Shown in pieces: positions 47,522 to 57,478 of a DNA stretch of 64,000 nucleotides. The DNA is from a virus. The stretch covers positions 1 through 64,000 of the IMG/VR virus record IMGVR_UViG_3300019360_000147; one strand, 5' to 3'. Below the pieces are notes generated by a model, which was not told where the DNA came from, ran no database searches, and saw nothing but the letters and a program-made list of their open reading frames with translations. Every line of letters begins with the position of its first letter. Position 1 is the first letter of the stretch. A program made the position numbers and the translations under genes.

Positions 47522-47721
47522 TGGCGAGACGAGGACCGAAAGGATCGAGCCGGTCCGACTACGGGCCGATGCCGAGTGAGGCCAAGTTGCAGGCAGCGGG
47601 AAGCGAGATGAAGCAAAACCCGCCAAGCATCTTGGCGAGTACGCGGAGGAAATTCGGGGCCGAGCGGGCACTCGCTCAAGAGCGGGCAATCCTGTTTTCC
47701 AAAGCCAGGCGGGCAAAATGA
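47521..47721 (+). CDS. small basic hypothetical protein
   Basis: Coupled to the portal gene. Confidence 0.6.
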   Translation: MARRGPKGSSRSDYGPMPSEAKLQAAGSEMKQNPPSILASTRRKFGAERALAQERAILFSKARRAK

Positions 47722-48317
47722 CTGATCCGTGGTCCGGTTATGATTCGCTGATGCCGAGCGAACACGATCTCGGCCAGGACTGGCGGAAGCAGCCGGTCCT
47801 GCCGCCCATGCACGCCGGACTGATCCTGCCCTATGACTACAGCCCCGGCAGGCAGCCGTCGGCCGCACGGTTGGATCTTACGGACGGGATGGTGGCCGAG
47901 GCCGTGGACATCCTCAAGGACGGGGGGGCGGTGGCCTTTCGCATGCTGCTGGGCTACGAGGACGCCTGCGGATGCATTCATACCTTCAACTGCTCCCACG
48001 ACGATATCCGTCATGCCGTGGAAACGGCCATCGCCCGACTGTCGCGGGCGGCGCGAACGAGGCTGGTCCTCGTAGCGGAGCCGGGCAAGTCCGATGGCAT
48101 CATCCTCGACGACAAGGACGGTCGCGATATTCCCGACGTGCGGTTCTGGGTGGCCGCAGGGGCGCAATGCGACCGCTGTAGCAACCGCGTCTGCTCCTGC
48201 CCCCCGAACGAGGCAGAGGTGCACGCGATCACGATCCGAGACTCCTTGCGATCGGATCGGTCGGCGACGGCCGCCGAGAATGGCCGGCACGCTGGATCAC
48301 CGGGCGAGAGCAGGTGA
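47718..48317 (+). CDS. hypothetical protein
   Basis: ATGA overlap; Cys clusters. Confidence 0.55.
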   Translation: MTDPWSGYDSLMPSEHDLGQDWRKQPVLPPMHAGLILPYDYSPGRQPSAARLDLTDGMVAEAVDILKDGGAVAFRMLLGYEDACGCIHTFNCSHDDIRHAVETAIARLSRAARTRLVLVAEPGKSDGIILDDKDGRDIPDVRFWVAAGAQCDRCSNRVCSCPPNEAEVHAITIRDSLRSDRSATAAENGRHAGSPGESR

Positions 48318-48402
48318 TGACCCTTCCGCAGGGCACGCGGGCGCTTACGCTGAGCGGATCAGCGGCCGCAGTCCGGGCGAGATACGGACACATGAGGTCG
48401 TC

Positions 48403-49260
48403 ATGCCGCAAGAGCCAGTGACACTGACCCCAGAGCAAGAAGCGGTCCAAGCCGAGGTCAAGAAACTCGGATTGGTCGAGGGAACGATCATCATCGGTGA
48501 AGGGGAGGACGCAGCTCCCGCCACACCAGCCGCTCCAGTCGCTCCGGCGGCACCGGCCGCCCCCGCAGCGCCAGCAGGTCCGGCGGCTGCGGCTCCTGCT
48601 GCCCCGGCAACTCCGACGGAGGGGGAGCCGGGGACCCTGAAGGAGTGGGCCCAGCGGGAGAAGGAGCGGGCGGATTCGGAGCGGACGCGGGCCGAAGGGT
48701 TGGAGGCGGAGAACAAGCGTCTCCGGGTTGCCCTTGGAACTCCGTCCGGACCAGCGCCGACAGAGGCTGAGGGGAATGCCCGCAAGTGGATGCTGGATAT
48801 TCTGACCTCCGGTGGCCTGCTTGCCGAGGCCTTTGAGAAGTTGCCGGAGGAATCGCTGGATAAGCATCCCTCCCTGCGGAAGCGGGACGTGGCGATCTAC
48901 CTCACCCGGGATGACGTCGCCCAAACCCAGTTCTTGGGCCGTTTCGAGCCGAAGCAGCGTCCAGTGGTCCAGAAGCGCATCCTGCCCATCCTGCAAACGC
49001 AGCGGCAGCAGTCCGGGTATCGAGAAACGTACGACGATCTGTACGACCGCTACGCGCAGGGAGTTCGGGAGCAGGCCGAGTTGGTCGGGTTGGTGGTGAG
49101 TGAGCCGAACGCCCCAGCGGCCCAACCGCCGGGGCAGCCAGCCGCGCCTGCTGGGCCGATTCCCCCGAGCCTGTCCGGGGTCCGGGGTGGGGGATCGCCG
49201 GGGACCCCAAGTGCAGAACCGTTGAGTATCGAGGACGCCCGCGTTCTCGGTCTGGCGTAA
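48403..49260 (+). CDS. putative scaffolding protein
   Basis: Pro/Ala linker plus coiled coil, immediately before the capsid gene. Confidence 0.65.
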   Translation: MPQEPVTLTPEQEAVQAEVKKLGLVEGTIIIGEGEDAAPATPAAPVAPAAPAAPAAPAGPAAAAPAAPATPTEGEPGTLKEWAQREKERADSERTRAEGLEAENKRLRVALGTPSGPAPTEAEGNARKWMLDILTSGGLLAEAFEKLPEESLDKHPSLRKRDVAIYLTRDDVAQTQFLGRFEPKQRPVVQKRILPILQTQRQQSGYRETYDDLYDRYAQGVREQAELVGLVVSEPNAPAAQPPGQPAAPAGPIPPSLSGVRGGGSPGTPSAEPLSIEDARVLGLA

Positions 49261-49290
49261 TCCGGCCGGGACGGGCAGAAGGAGAATTCA

Positions 49291-50283
49291 ATGGCTGACA
49301 CCACAGTCGCGACGGGTGATGCCGTCGCGGTCAAGCGATGGGATCCCAAGTTCATCAGGCAGGCGAGCAAGAAGATCTTTTTCGCCGCCATGACGGGCAA
49401 GGATGAGAACAACATCGTCCAGAGCAAGCTCGACCTGACCAAGGGGCCGGGGGATCGGATCACGATGCCGCTCTTCCCGCGGTTCTCCGGGGCCGGCGTA
49501 CAGGGCGATGTGGACATTGAGGGGAATGAGGAGGCGATTACGCCGCAGAGTGACAACGTGTCCATCGACTTCTACGCCCAGGCCTTCCGGGTCAGCGGGC
49601 TGATGACGGAGCAGAGAAGCCCCGACGATCTCCGGCGGGCGGCGCGGGAGCAGTTGTCGATCTGGCTGGGGGAGAAGGTGGACCAGCTTGGCTTCGATGC
49701 CATCGAGTCGAGCCCGACTCTGATCTATTCCGAGAACTCGGACACGCTGGTCAAGTCCGGCCCGACCACCTCGATCGTGGCCGCTGATCTGATCGAGCCG
49801 CACATGGCGAGCTTCCTGCGCCATGCCGCGAACACCCAGAGTCCCAAGATCAAGTGCATCAAGCAGGGCGGGCGGGATGTGTTCGTGCTCCTGATGCACC
49901 CGCACTGTGCCTACGACATGAAGAATGACAGCACCTGGCAGAACTTCCACCGGGACGCGGACGTGCGCGACGCCAAGGACAACTACCTGTTCAAGGCCGG
50001 GATGGGGACGATCGACGACGTCCTGCTGTATGAGCATGAGAACGTCGCCGTCGCGACCACCTGGGGGGCGGGGGCGGTCTATGGGGCGCGGAACAAGTTC
50101 ATGGGGGCGCAGGCTATGGCGCTCGCGTGGGCGCGGTTCCCGTTCCTGGTGGAGAAGCGTTTCCAGTATGGCACGAAGTGGGGGGCCATGGTGGGGGCGG
50201 TGCTCGGGTTCCGGAAGCTTGTTTACGATAGCAAGGACTTTGGGCTGGCCGAATTGAGGACAGCACGAACGAATCTAAACTGA
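49291..50283 (+). CDS. major capsid protein (N4-gp56/DUF4043-like)
   Basis: DLTKGPGDRIT, GVQGD..IEGNEE, MHP..YDMKND..W, FMGAQA; strong SD. Confidence 0.9.
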   Translation: MADTTVATGDAVAVKRWDPKFIRQASKKIFFAAMTGKDENNIVQSKLDLTKGPGDRITMPLFPRFSGAGVQGDVDIEGNEEAITPQSDNVSIDFYAQAFRVSGLMTEQRSPDDLRRAAREQLSIWLGEKVDQLGFDAIESSPTLIYSENSDTLVKSGPTTSIVAADLIEPHMASFLRHAANTQSPKIKCIKQGGRDVFVLLMHPHCAYDMKNDSTWQNFHRDADVRDAKDNYLFKAGMGTIDDVLLYEHENVAVATTWGAGAVYGARNKFMGAQAMALAWARFPFLVEKRFQYGTKWGAMVGAVLGFRKLVYDSKDFGLAELRTARTNLN

Positions 50284-50342
50284 GTTAACTCCATGAGAAT
50301 AAAGTCGTTCCAGGGGTTAATTCTGACTTGAAGGAGGAGGAC

Positions 50343-51047
50343 ATGCCAACGGAGGAGAAAGCGCGGCAACCTTCCACAGCGGCAACGGCGGTGGCGGACC
50401 CGCCGCCGTCAGATAGGAAACTGGTTCAAGTCGACGCCGATGTCTGGGCGGAGATCGTCCGAAGGCAGGGGGCCATGGAGCGGATGCTGGAGCAGATCCA
50501 GGCCGAGCGTGCCGCCGGTGGTCCGACGCCGAACATCATCAGACCGCCCGTCGTCGCCAAGACCATGCCGCCGAACTACGTGGTCTGGCTGGGAACTGAG
50601 CCCCGCTCGGGCGATTTGTATCTGGGGGCCAAGGGCACGGTCACCACGGTCAACTCCGAGGAGACGACCGTGATGACGGACGGGGACGGCCACGGCAAGC
50701 CGCGGACGATCCGGGGGCAGCTCTGTGCGTTCCGGACGACCGAGTACTCGGATTCGGGGATGAAAAGCATCGATTTCATCCGCCGATGCCCCTCGGGGCA
50801 CAAGTATGCCGGTCGGCTGTTCGCGGAGTTGGACTGTCCGGAGCATGCGGCGTACCTGCATCTGATCGCGCCGGACGGCAAAGGGCACGACAAGGATGGA
50901 AACAAGCTGTACGCGTTCCACCTCATCGGGGACTGGATTCCCAAGTACCAGAACCTGGTGCGGTTCCGCATGAACGCGCGGAAAGCCGCCGAGGTGGATG
51001 TGGACTTTGTCGCCTCGGATGGCGTGGAGATGCCGTTCGAGGAGTAG
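50343..51047 (+). CDS. hypothetical late protein; contains the protospacer for spacer 3
   Basis: SD AAGGAGGAGG; 50886-50920 matches the spacer at 1033-1067. Confidence 0.75.
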   Translation: MPTEEKARQPSTAATAVADPPPSDRKLVQVDADVWAEIVRRQGAMERMLEQIQAERAAGGPTPNIIRPPVVAKTMPPNYVVWLGTEPRSGDLYLGAKGTVTTVNSEETTVMTDGDGHGKPRTIRGQLCAFRTTEYSDSGMKSIDFIRRCPSGHKYAGRLFAELDCPEHAAYLHLIAPDGKGHDKDGNKLYAFHLIGDWIPKYQNLVRFRMNARKAAEVDVDFVASDGVEMPFEE

Positions 51048-51102
51048 CCCTGATGGAGTAGGCGCAGCCGCCACTCCACAGGGCGGGACAGGGAGGAGAC
51101 AC

Positions 51103-51333
51103 ATGGGATACATGCCAGACTTTGAAGGCGAGGAGGCCAAGACCCTGAAGGAGGGGGACGGCGGGATCGTCGGTCCCGCCGGCCAGAAGGTGAAAAGTGC
51201 TGCCGCACCGGGCACGGAGCAGATCGCAGCCTGGGGCGGGTTTAGGGGTGGCGAGGAGTTGGTCGACCAGACCGAACCTCAGGCCCTGTCCACCAAAGAG
51301 ACGGGAGCCCAAGGGGACGAGGCTGGGTCCTAG
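51103..51333 (+). CDS. small acidic hypothetical protein
   Basis: SD GGAGGAG. Confidence 0.6.
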   Translation: MGYMPDFEGEEAKTLKEGDGGIVGPAGQKVKSAAAPGTEQIAAWGGFRGGEELVDQTEPQALSTKETGAQGDEAGS

Positions 51334-51382
51334 CCCAGTCAGAGCGCGCGGCAATGGGTGCCGGGCACACAAAGGAGAGACG

Positions 51383-52303
51383 ATGAAGCGAATCCTGACG
51401 CTGATCTTCGCCGTGGCGTTCGCGTGGGCACTCACTGCCCCGGCGGATGCCGGCTACTACTTCTTCCAGGTCCGCGACGAGCAGGGGCGGTCCGTCACGT
51501 CCGGCTTCAAGTGCCACGTGTACACCCTGGCCTCTCGGACGCAGGACGCGGTGTTTACCGACACCAACTACGGCACGGCCAAGACGAATCCGGTCAATCC
51601 GGACAGCAACGGCGTGTGCACGTTCGCCACAAGCGCCTCGACGGTGGACGTGCTGGTCTACGCCGATAGCGGGAATGCCCGGGGGGCTGTGGCCCGCGTG
51701 GTGGGGCTGACGGACAAGGACCACACGGTCATCCTCGACACGCAGAAGACGGAAAAGCAGATTCGATTCTACTTCGATGCCAACATCTCGCGAGGGGCCG
51801 AGACGGATACGGGGATCGACCTCCCGCTCGGGGCCGTCGTGTACGATGTGTGGGTTGAGGTGGCGACCGGATTCGCCCTGAGTTCCGTGTCTGTGGGACT
51901 GCTCTCGACCGAGGCCTCGGGCGTGACCAACGGCTTCTGTAACTCCCAAGGCATTGATCAGACGTGGGGGACAGCCGCCAACCTCCCCGATCCGGCGTTC
52001 TTCCGGTGTGAGGCAAGTCGAACAACCCGCCCAGCCGTGGAGGGCATGCTGGGGAGCGAAGGGTTCATCTACAGCAGCAACACGCGCGGTCGACTGCTGG
52101 CGTCCTTCGTGCGCGGGCAGACGACCTTCCCGCTGGCACCCCTTGTGACCGTCACATCCCAGGGGCGGTACACCGAGTTTCCGCATCTGGTTCGGCCTGG
52201 CGCGGCAGGGAGTATTGTGTATCAGACGAACGACCGGCACACGACCAGTCAAGGTGCGGCGGGATGGGTGACGATTTTTTACCGCGCCCTGAGGAACAAG
52301 TAG
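51383..52303 (+). CDS. secreted virion-like beta protein
   Basis: Classic signal peptide MKRILTLIFAVAFAWALTAPADA; TNPVNPDSNG. Confidence 0.8.
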   Translation: MKRILTLIFAVAFAWALTAPADAGYYFFQVRDEQGRSVTSGFKCHVYTLASRTQDAVFTDTNYGTAKTNPVNPDSNGVCTFATSASTVDVLVYADSGNARGAVARVVGLTDKDHTVILDTQKTEKQIRFYFDANISRGAETDTGIDLPLGAVVYDVWVEVATGFALSSVSVGLLSTEASGVTNGFCNSQGIDQTWGTAANLPDPAFFRCEASRTTRPAVEGMLGSEGFIYSSNTRGRLLASFVRGQTTFPLAPLVTVTSQGRYTEFPHLVRPGAAGSIVYQTNDRHTTSQGAAGWVTIFYRALRNK

Positions 52304-52324
52304 AACGGGCAGTACGGTCAACTC

Positions 52325-53686
52325 ATGAAAGGGTCCGGGTGGAAATTCGCGATCGGGGCCGGGACGGCGTTTCTGCTCGTCTCGGCCCCGATCTCCCGGC
52401 CGCTGTGGCCGCAGTTTGCGGGCATCGTTCAGTCCAGCCGGGACGTGATGGCGGTCTGGTTCGCTTTGGGCGGTAGCCTTGCCATCGGGGCACTGGCCTG
52501 GCGAGTTTCCCCAGCCGTCACCTGGCTGGTCGGCGCCTATGCCCTGAGCGGTCTCGCCTACGGCTTTCAGGGACTCAGCATGATGAATCTCCAGTCCCTG
52601 CTGTGGGGGACGGCTCTGCTGGCCCTGCTCACGTATGCGTGGCCCGAGCACAAAGGGATCATTTTGTGGGCGTTGACGGCGGCGCTGACTGTCCACGTGG
52701 CCGTCGCCCTCAGCCAGTACTTTGTCGAGAACTACGGGTGGCCGACGCCAGCCGGCTTGGTATACCGCGACCCCTTTTTCATGACGGCCAAGGTCGTCCA
52801 CGAGGTCGAAGGGCTCGCCTCGCACTACTCCCTCTTGGGGGGCCTTTTGGCCGTGGCCATGCCGCTGCTGTATCTCAGACTCGGCTGGCCCGTCTGGGTG
52901 GCCACGCCCGCAGTCATCCTGGCGCTGCAGCACCGATCGAGCATGCTGGCGGCCGGTCTGGCCGCCTTCCTCATGATTCCTGGGAGGCGGAAGTGGCATG
53001 CGGCGTGGATCGGGGCCATTCTGACTGGTCTCGTCGTGGTCATCCGCGGGGCGTTCTCGGATTTTGCGGGTCCGTCCCTGACAGCCTGGACCAGCACCCG
53101 AATCGACGTGTGGGTCATCACCCTCGCCAAGGCCCTCCAGAAGCCCTGGCTGGGCTGGTCCCCGGGATCCTTTTACCTCTGGAAGCCGACCTTTATCACG
53201 CCGCCAGCTAAGGCCGGTCTCACCTTCATTCAGGCCCACAACGAGTTCCTCCAGCTCTTTTTCGAGGTCGGGGTGATCGGCTTCGCGGCCGTCCTGATCT
53301 ACTTCATTCACACGGGCTGGCGACTCAAGCGGGCGCGGCCGTGGACGCGGGAATTGCGGTGCGCCGTAGCGTCGGCGGCGGCCTTTGCCCTGATCGCGTT
53401 CGTGAGTTTCCCCTTGCGCATCGGCGTAACGGCGGTGGGGGCACTGCTCACGCTGGCGGCGTTGCACGGAGAACTGCTGGAGATCGAGGACACGCGGAAG
53501 GCAGCGGACGCAGTAGCACGGAGGGCCCATGAGGGTGGTCATCTGCCTCTCGTACGGCGTAAGCGTCGCCGACTGGCACCGCCAGGGGATTCTGGCCAGG
53601 GAAACGGCGGGGTATCGGAAACTGCCCGGACTGGTGATGCTGCTGGCACCCGATCTGGAGCAGAGCGCACACCGCATGGCACATAG
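52325..53686 (+). CDS. O-antigen ligase / oligosaccharyltransferase-like membrane protein (Wzy_C)
   Basis: About 10 TM segments; R..VW......KPWLGWSPGSF and QAHNEFLQLFFEVGVIG. Confidence 0.85.
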   Translation: MKGSGWKFAIGAGTAFLLVSAPISRPLWPQFAGIVQSSRDVMAVWFALGGSLAIGALAWRVSPAVTWLVGAYALSGLAYGFQGLSMMNLQSLLWGTALLALLTYAWPEHKGIILWALTAALTVHVAVALSQYFVENYGWPTPAGLVYRDPFFMTAKVVHEVEGLASHYSLLGGLLAVAMPLLYLRLGWPVWVATPAVILALQHRSSMLAAGLAAFLMIPGRRKWHAAWIGAILTGLVVVIRGAFSDFAGPSLTAWTSTRIDVWVITLAKALQKPWLGWSPGSFYLWKPTFITPPAKAGLTFIQAHNEFLQLFFEVGVIGFAAVLIYFIHTGWRLKRARPWTRELRCAVASAAAFALIAFVSFPLRIGVTAVGALLTLAALHGELLEIEDTRKAADAVARRAHEGGHLPLVRRKRRRLAPPGDSGQGNGGVSETARTGDAAGTRSGAERTPHGT

Positions 53687-54035
53687 CGTCGAGCCGTTGC
53701 GGATTCTGGCTCGCCCCGCCTGGTGTCCGATGACGCTCTACAGCCTGGTCGGGCCGTTGATCCATTGGAGGAGCTTAACTGGACTGGACGAGGTGCGGAT
53801 GCACAACGGGCCAGCAGCCTGGACAGCAGTCATTACCCGCATCCTCTTCGGTAAGCGCTTCGTGGCGCGCTTTGGCTTCATCTGGTCCTGGGACATGATC
53901 CGACGGGGGGTGCCGCTGTGGAAGGTGTTGCCCGTGCTGGCCTCGGAGTGGCTTGCGTGTCGGCTGGCGGATCGGATCGAGGTGTCGGCGGCTTCGCAGG
54001 CGGCGTATCTGCGGGCAGTACACGGAGTGGTCTGA
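53529..54035 (+). pseudogene. GT4 N-terminal domain only (truncated)
   Basis: GT4-like N-terminal domain ending ADRIEVSAASQAAYL; lacks the C-terminal catalytic half; overlaps the upstream gene by 158 nt. Confidence 0.5.
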
Positions 54036-54079
54036 CGCACAGTGCACAGCGCAGAGGGCAAAACAAAGGAGGGGACTCC

Positions 54080-54463
54080 ATGAGTGTGACGGGGAAGTTG
54101 CAGGGGATTTCCGCACGGGGGTACAGACTGCGGTGGTCGGTGGACCACACGCCTGAGCCGGACTACGACACTCTGACGCTGGCCCTCATCGATGCCGGGG
54201 GATCGGTCGTCCTCTCGAACAGCCAGCGGGTCAAGGCCCGAGGCGCCGTGGTGACGAAGGAGAGCGAGGAGGCGCAGAAGAATGCACTGATCACCTGGGC
54301 GGAGGAAGTCACGCGCTCACCGATTCAGCCGCCGCCGAACCCCACGGATGACGCACCGACTCCAGAGCCTGAGCCGATCGCCGCGCCGGAGCCGGTGGCG
54401 GCCCGCCCTGTGGGCCCGGTCCCGCAATCAGGTTTACAGGAGAGCGAGGTGGCCGATGGCTAA
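54080..54463 (+). CDS. hypothetical protein
   Basis: SD AAGGAGG. Confidence 0.65.
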   Translation: MSVTGKLQGISARGYRLRWSVDHTPEPDYDTLTLALIDAGGSVVLSNSQRVKARGAVVTKESEEAQKNALITWAEEVTRSPIQPPPNPTDDAPTPEPEPIAAPEPVAARPVGPVPQSGLQESEVADG

Positions 54464-54695
54464 GACATCGGTGAAGCCATCCCCAACGTCTGGCCCACTG
54501 CGCCCCAAGCCGACGATTCGGTTTGATCTCGGTGAAGGGCTCCCGTCGCGCCTGCCAGCCGTGAATTCCGAGGTCACGCTGACGGTCAAAGGAACCCTCG
54601 TGAAGATCGCGGCGAAGGACGCGGACTTCAACGAGTACGCCACGATCACCGTGCGGCCGAGCAGTGTGGTCGTGAACGACGGCAAGAAGAAGTGA
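54456..54695 (+). CDS. hypothetical protein
   Basis: SD GAGG; overlaps the upstream stop. Confidence 0.6.
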   Translation: MAKTSVKPSPTSGPLRPKPTIRFDLGEGLPSRLPAVNSEVTLTVKGTLVKIAAKDADFNEYATITVRPSSVVVNDGKKK

Positions 54696-54811
54696 CCACA
54701 GACCACTGACCACGGACGACAGGAGAGCCCATGGCTGACACCACGATCCCGGCGGGGAGTCCAATGACGCCGGTCCGATGGCCGACGAAGAAGAAGGGGA
54801 AGGGGCGATAG

Positions 54812-55231
54812 ATGCCGTTCGGGTTCACGCCTCCGACTCCGGCCCCGACGCCAGAGGAGTTTGAGGCCATGCGTCGGAGCCTCGGAGGCGGTCTCCTCGA
54901 CATAATTCCCGCGACCGCCCCCTACGCCACGGCCCTCTTCGGACCCCCGGAGACGAGAATGGCCGGACCGAGCACGATCAGCCGTGTTGGGCCCGTTGTG
55001 AGGTTACCGGAGATTCTGCAGCGCCTTTTCGGGAGTGCCATGCGGCCCAAGGCTACGCCGCCTCAACTGACGGGTCTGACGAGACCATGGCCCGGTGTGT
55101 ATCGGGGGGCAGTAGAGCAGGGACGAATGCAACCGAAGTCCTTCGCCAATCCCCTGACGTTCGAGATGCCGCCGATTTCTGATGCTGAGCGCGCGGCCCT
55201 GTTGAGGAGCCTCGGCATGACGGGACCGTAG
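54812..55231 (+). CDS. hypothetical Pro-rich protein
   Basis: ORF abutting the adaptor gene. Confidence 0.5.
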   Translation: MPFGFTPPTPAPTPEEFEAMRRSLGGGLLDIIPATAPYATALFGPPETRMAGPSTISRVGPVVRLPEILQRLFGSAMRPKATPPQLTGLTRPWPGVYRGAVEQGRMQPKSFANPLTFEMPPISDAERAALLRSLGMTGP

Positions 55232-55894
55232 ATGGGCCTCTTGACCGCAACCCTTATCATCGACCAGGCCATGCAGGCGGCGGGAAATACGCGCATCCAA
55301 GCGTGGTCCCTGGTCCAGCTCAACACGATTCTGCGGGAGGTCTATCGGCGCCGGGAGTGGCCCTTCACCGTCATCAACGTCGAGACGCTGTCCACGACGG
55401 CCAGTCAGGCGTATACAGACTACTCCGGGTTGACCCTGACCCTCTGGAAGCCGACGGTGATTCAGATCCGGTCTGGCACGAGCCTGTTCCCCGTCACGCC
55501 GCGCAAGGGCGGACTCTCGGCCTATTTCGCGGACACCAGCCGATTGGCGGGGACGGGCAGACCGAGCAAGTACGTCTTGGACCGCCGGAATTCGCGCATC
55601 TACTGGGCGGACAGCATTCCGACGGCGGCGGAGACGATCTCGCTAACGTACATGGTCGCCGTAGCGGATGTGGCCCTTGGTGGGACGCCCGACCTCGTCA
55701 CCCACACGAAGAACGGGGAGCAGTACCTGATCGCCAGGCTGACGATGGAGATTAAGAGTCTGTACATGGGGGAAATCACGGAAGGGTCTGCGATTGCGAC
55801 GCTCGTCCGAGAGAAAGAGGGCGCACTCCTCGACGAGCGGTTCGATGACTCGGACGCGGCGACAGAGATTCCGGACAATGTGAGGTACACCTGA
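55232..55894 (+). CDS. head-tail adaptor protein
   Basis: LN...REV....WPF; GRPSKY; position before the nozzle gene. Confidence 0.75.
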   Translation: MGLLTATLIIDQAMQAAGNTRIQAWSLVQLNTILREVYRRREWPFTVINVETLSTTASQAYTDYSGLTLTLWKPTVIQIRSGTSLFPVTPRKGGLSAYFADTSRLAGTGRPSKYVLDRRNSRIYWADSIPTAAETISLTYMVAVADVALGGTPDLVTHTKNGEQYLIARLTMEIKSLYMGEITEGSAIATLVREKEGALLDERFDDSDAATEIPDNVRYT

Positions 55895-57468
55895 TGCCGC
55901 CAGCCAGACCGCTGGAAATCGCCGACGCCTTCCGCGGCGTGAGTCATTTGGGGGATCAGCAGTCCATCTCCCGGCGACAGCTCTGGCAGGCGCAGAACTT
56001 CTGGGCCCCGGGGCGCGGTGTGGCAGAGACCCGGCTGGGTGCCGCCCGCTTCAACAGCAGTGAGGTGTCGGGGGGCAAGGGCCGGAACATCGCCCGGTAT
56101 TACCCGGCAGGCGGGACTGCTCGCAAGATCGTTGCCTTCAATTTGGCTGGCGGGGACAAACTCTACTACGGGACGGACGCGACGGGGGCCTTGACCGAGA
56201 TCACCGGGGCCACGGCCCTCAGTGCAAACAAGCAGTGGCTCTTCAGCCAGTTCTCCGGGAACTTTTACGGCGGGAATGCGACGGAGGCCATCCAAAAAAG
56301 CACCAATGGGACGACGCGGGCCAACATCGGCGGAAGTCCTGCCCCGCCTGTGGCGTATCCGGGTCCGGTCTATCGGTCGCGGCTGACCTTCTTCGGCAAC
56401 CCTAGCTTCCCGAAGCGGTGGTACTACACGGACACGTTCACCGAGAACGTCCCCGCCGACAACTACGTCACCATCGAGCATCCTGAGGACATCAGCGCGG
56501 GAGCCGTCTATGGACGCGACGACGATCAGGGGGTGTTTGGGGACCTCGCCATCTTCACCCCCAGCAGTACCTGGATCGTGCGCGGAGACTTCAAGGATAT
56601 CGGGGGCGGGTATAGGCTGGACCGGGCCACGGATCGGCTGGGGTGCCCCTCGCCCCTGACCTTGGTGGACACGCCCTACGGATTATTTGGACTCGGCTAC
56701 GACGCCACGACGGACTTCGTCGCGTTTATGATCCCGGTGGGATACGGGCGGCCGGTGGTGGTCTCAGACGCCATTCGCAACTTGGAGACCATGCCGCGGG
56801 CCTCCCGCAACCTGGCCAGTGCGGTTTACATAGACGGCTGGGTGCGGATCGCGTTCGCACCCTCCGGGCAGACGGTCCCCACGAAGGAGTGGTGGGCGGA
56901 TCTGCGGGGCTACAGTTCCAACAAGCCCGACTTCGGCATTGAGTGGTGGGGGCCGATGACGGGCCGGAACATCGGGGCCATGATGGTGCAGAGCGAGGGC
57001 AGCGATGCCAACGAACTGATCGCGGTGGATGCGAATGCGGGGTACGTGAATACGCTGGATCCGGCGGATACGTGGAAGGATTTCGGGACCGCGTACACGG
57101 CTGTCCTGGAGACGAAATCCCTCGACGGCGGCAACCCCCTCTACGCCAAGACCTTCGCGGGCTTCATGGTGGGGGCGAAGCCGACGGCGGATGAGAATGT
57201 GGCCGTGCGGGTCCTGCTGGATGATGCGATTGCCATTGCCACCGAAACCCTTCCCATGGTCACCAGTTCCCCGCTGGTCGGAGAGGCGACGGTCGTGGGT
57301 GATGACACGATCGTGGGCGGCCCGAGATTTGCCGAGTATCTGCAATTCCTCGGCAGTCCGCTCTTTGGGCATCGGGTCAGCTTGGAGTTGACCTACGGTG
57401 GCGGGAATCAATTGTCCGTCCGGAGAATGAGTGCAATCGGCAGCGTGTCGAGACGCCTGCGGATCTAA
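55894..57468 (+). CDS. tail nozzle/stabilization protein (P22 gp10 / T7 gp12-like beta-propeller)
   Basis: 524 aa beta-rich; LGCPSPLTLV; ETKSLDGG...K.F. Confidence 0.75.
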   Translation: MPPARPLEIADAFRGVSHLGDQQSISRRQLWQAQNFWAPGRGVAETRLGAARFNSSEVSGGKGRNIARYYPAGGTARKIVAFNLAGGDKLYYGTDATGALTEITGATALSANKQWLFSQFSGNFYGGNATEAIQKSTNGTTRANIGGSPAPPVAYPGPVYRSRLTFFGNPSFPKRWYYTDTFTENVPADNYVTIEHPEDISAGAVYGRDDDQGVFGDLAIFTPSSTWIVRGDFKDIGGGYRLDRATDRLGCPSPLTLVDTPYGLFGLGYDATTDFVAFMIPVGYGRPVVVSDAIRNLETMPRASRNLASAVYIDGWVRIAFAPSGQTVPTKEWWADLRGYSSNKPDFGIEWWGPMTGRNIGAMMVQSEGSDANELIAVDANAGYVNTLDPADTWKDFGTAYTAVLETKSLDGGNPLYAKTFAGFMVGAKPTADENVAVRVLLDDAIAIATETLPMVTSSPLVGEATVVGDDTIVGGPRFAEYLQFLGSPLFGHRVSLELTYGGGNQLSVRRMSAIGSVSRRLRI

Positions 57469-57478
57469 GGAGAGATTC

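Noticed and set aside
51242-53677. Long minus-strand ORFs (811 aa here; also 45251-46852 and 32720-34066)
   Set aside because: Antisense shadows of well-supported + strand genes in high-GC DNA, with no recognisable motifs.
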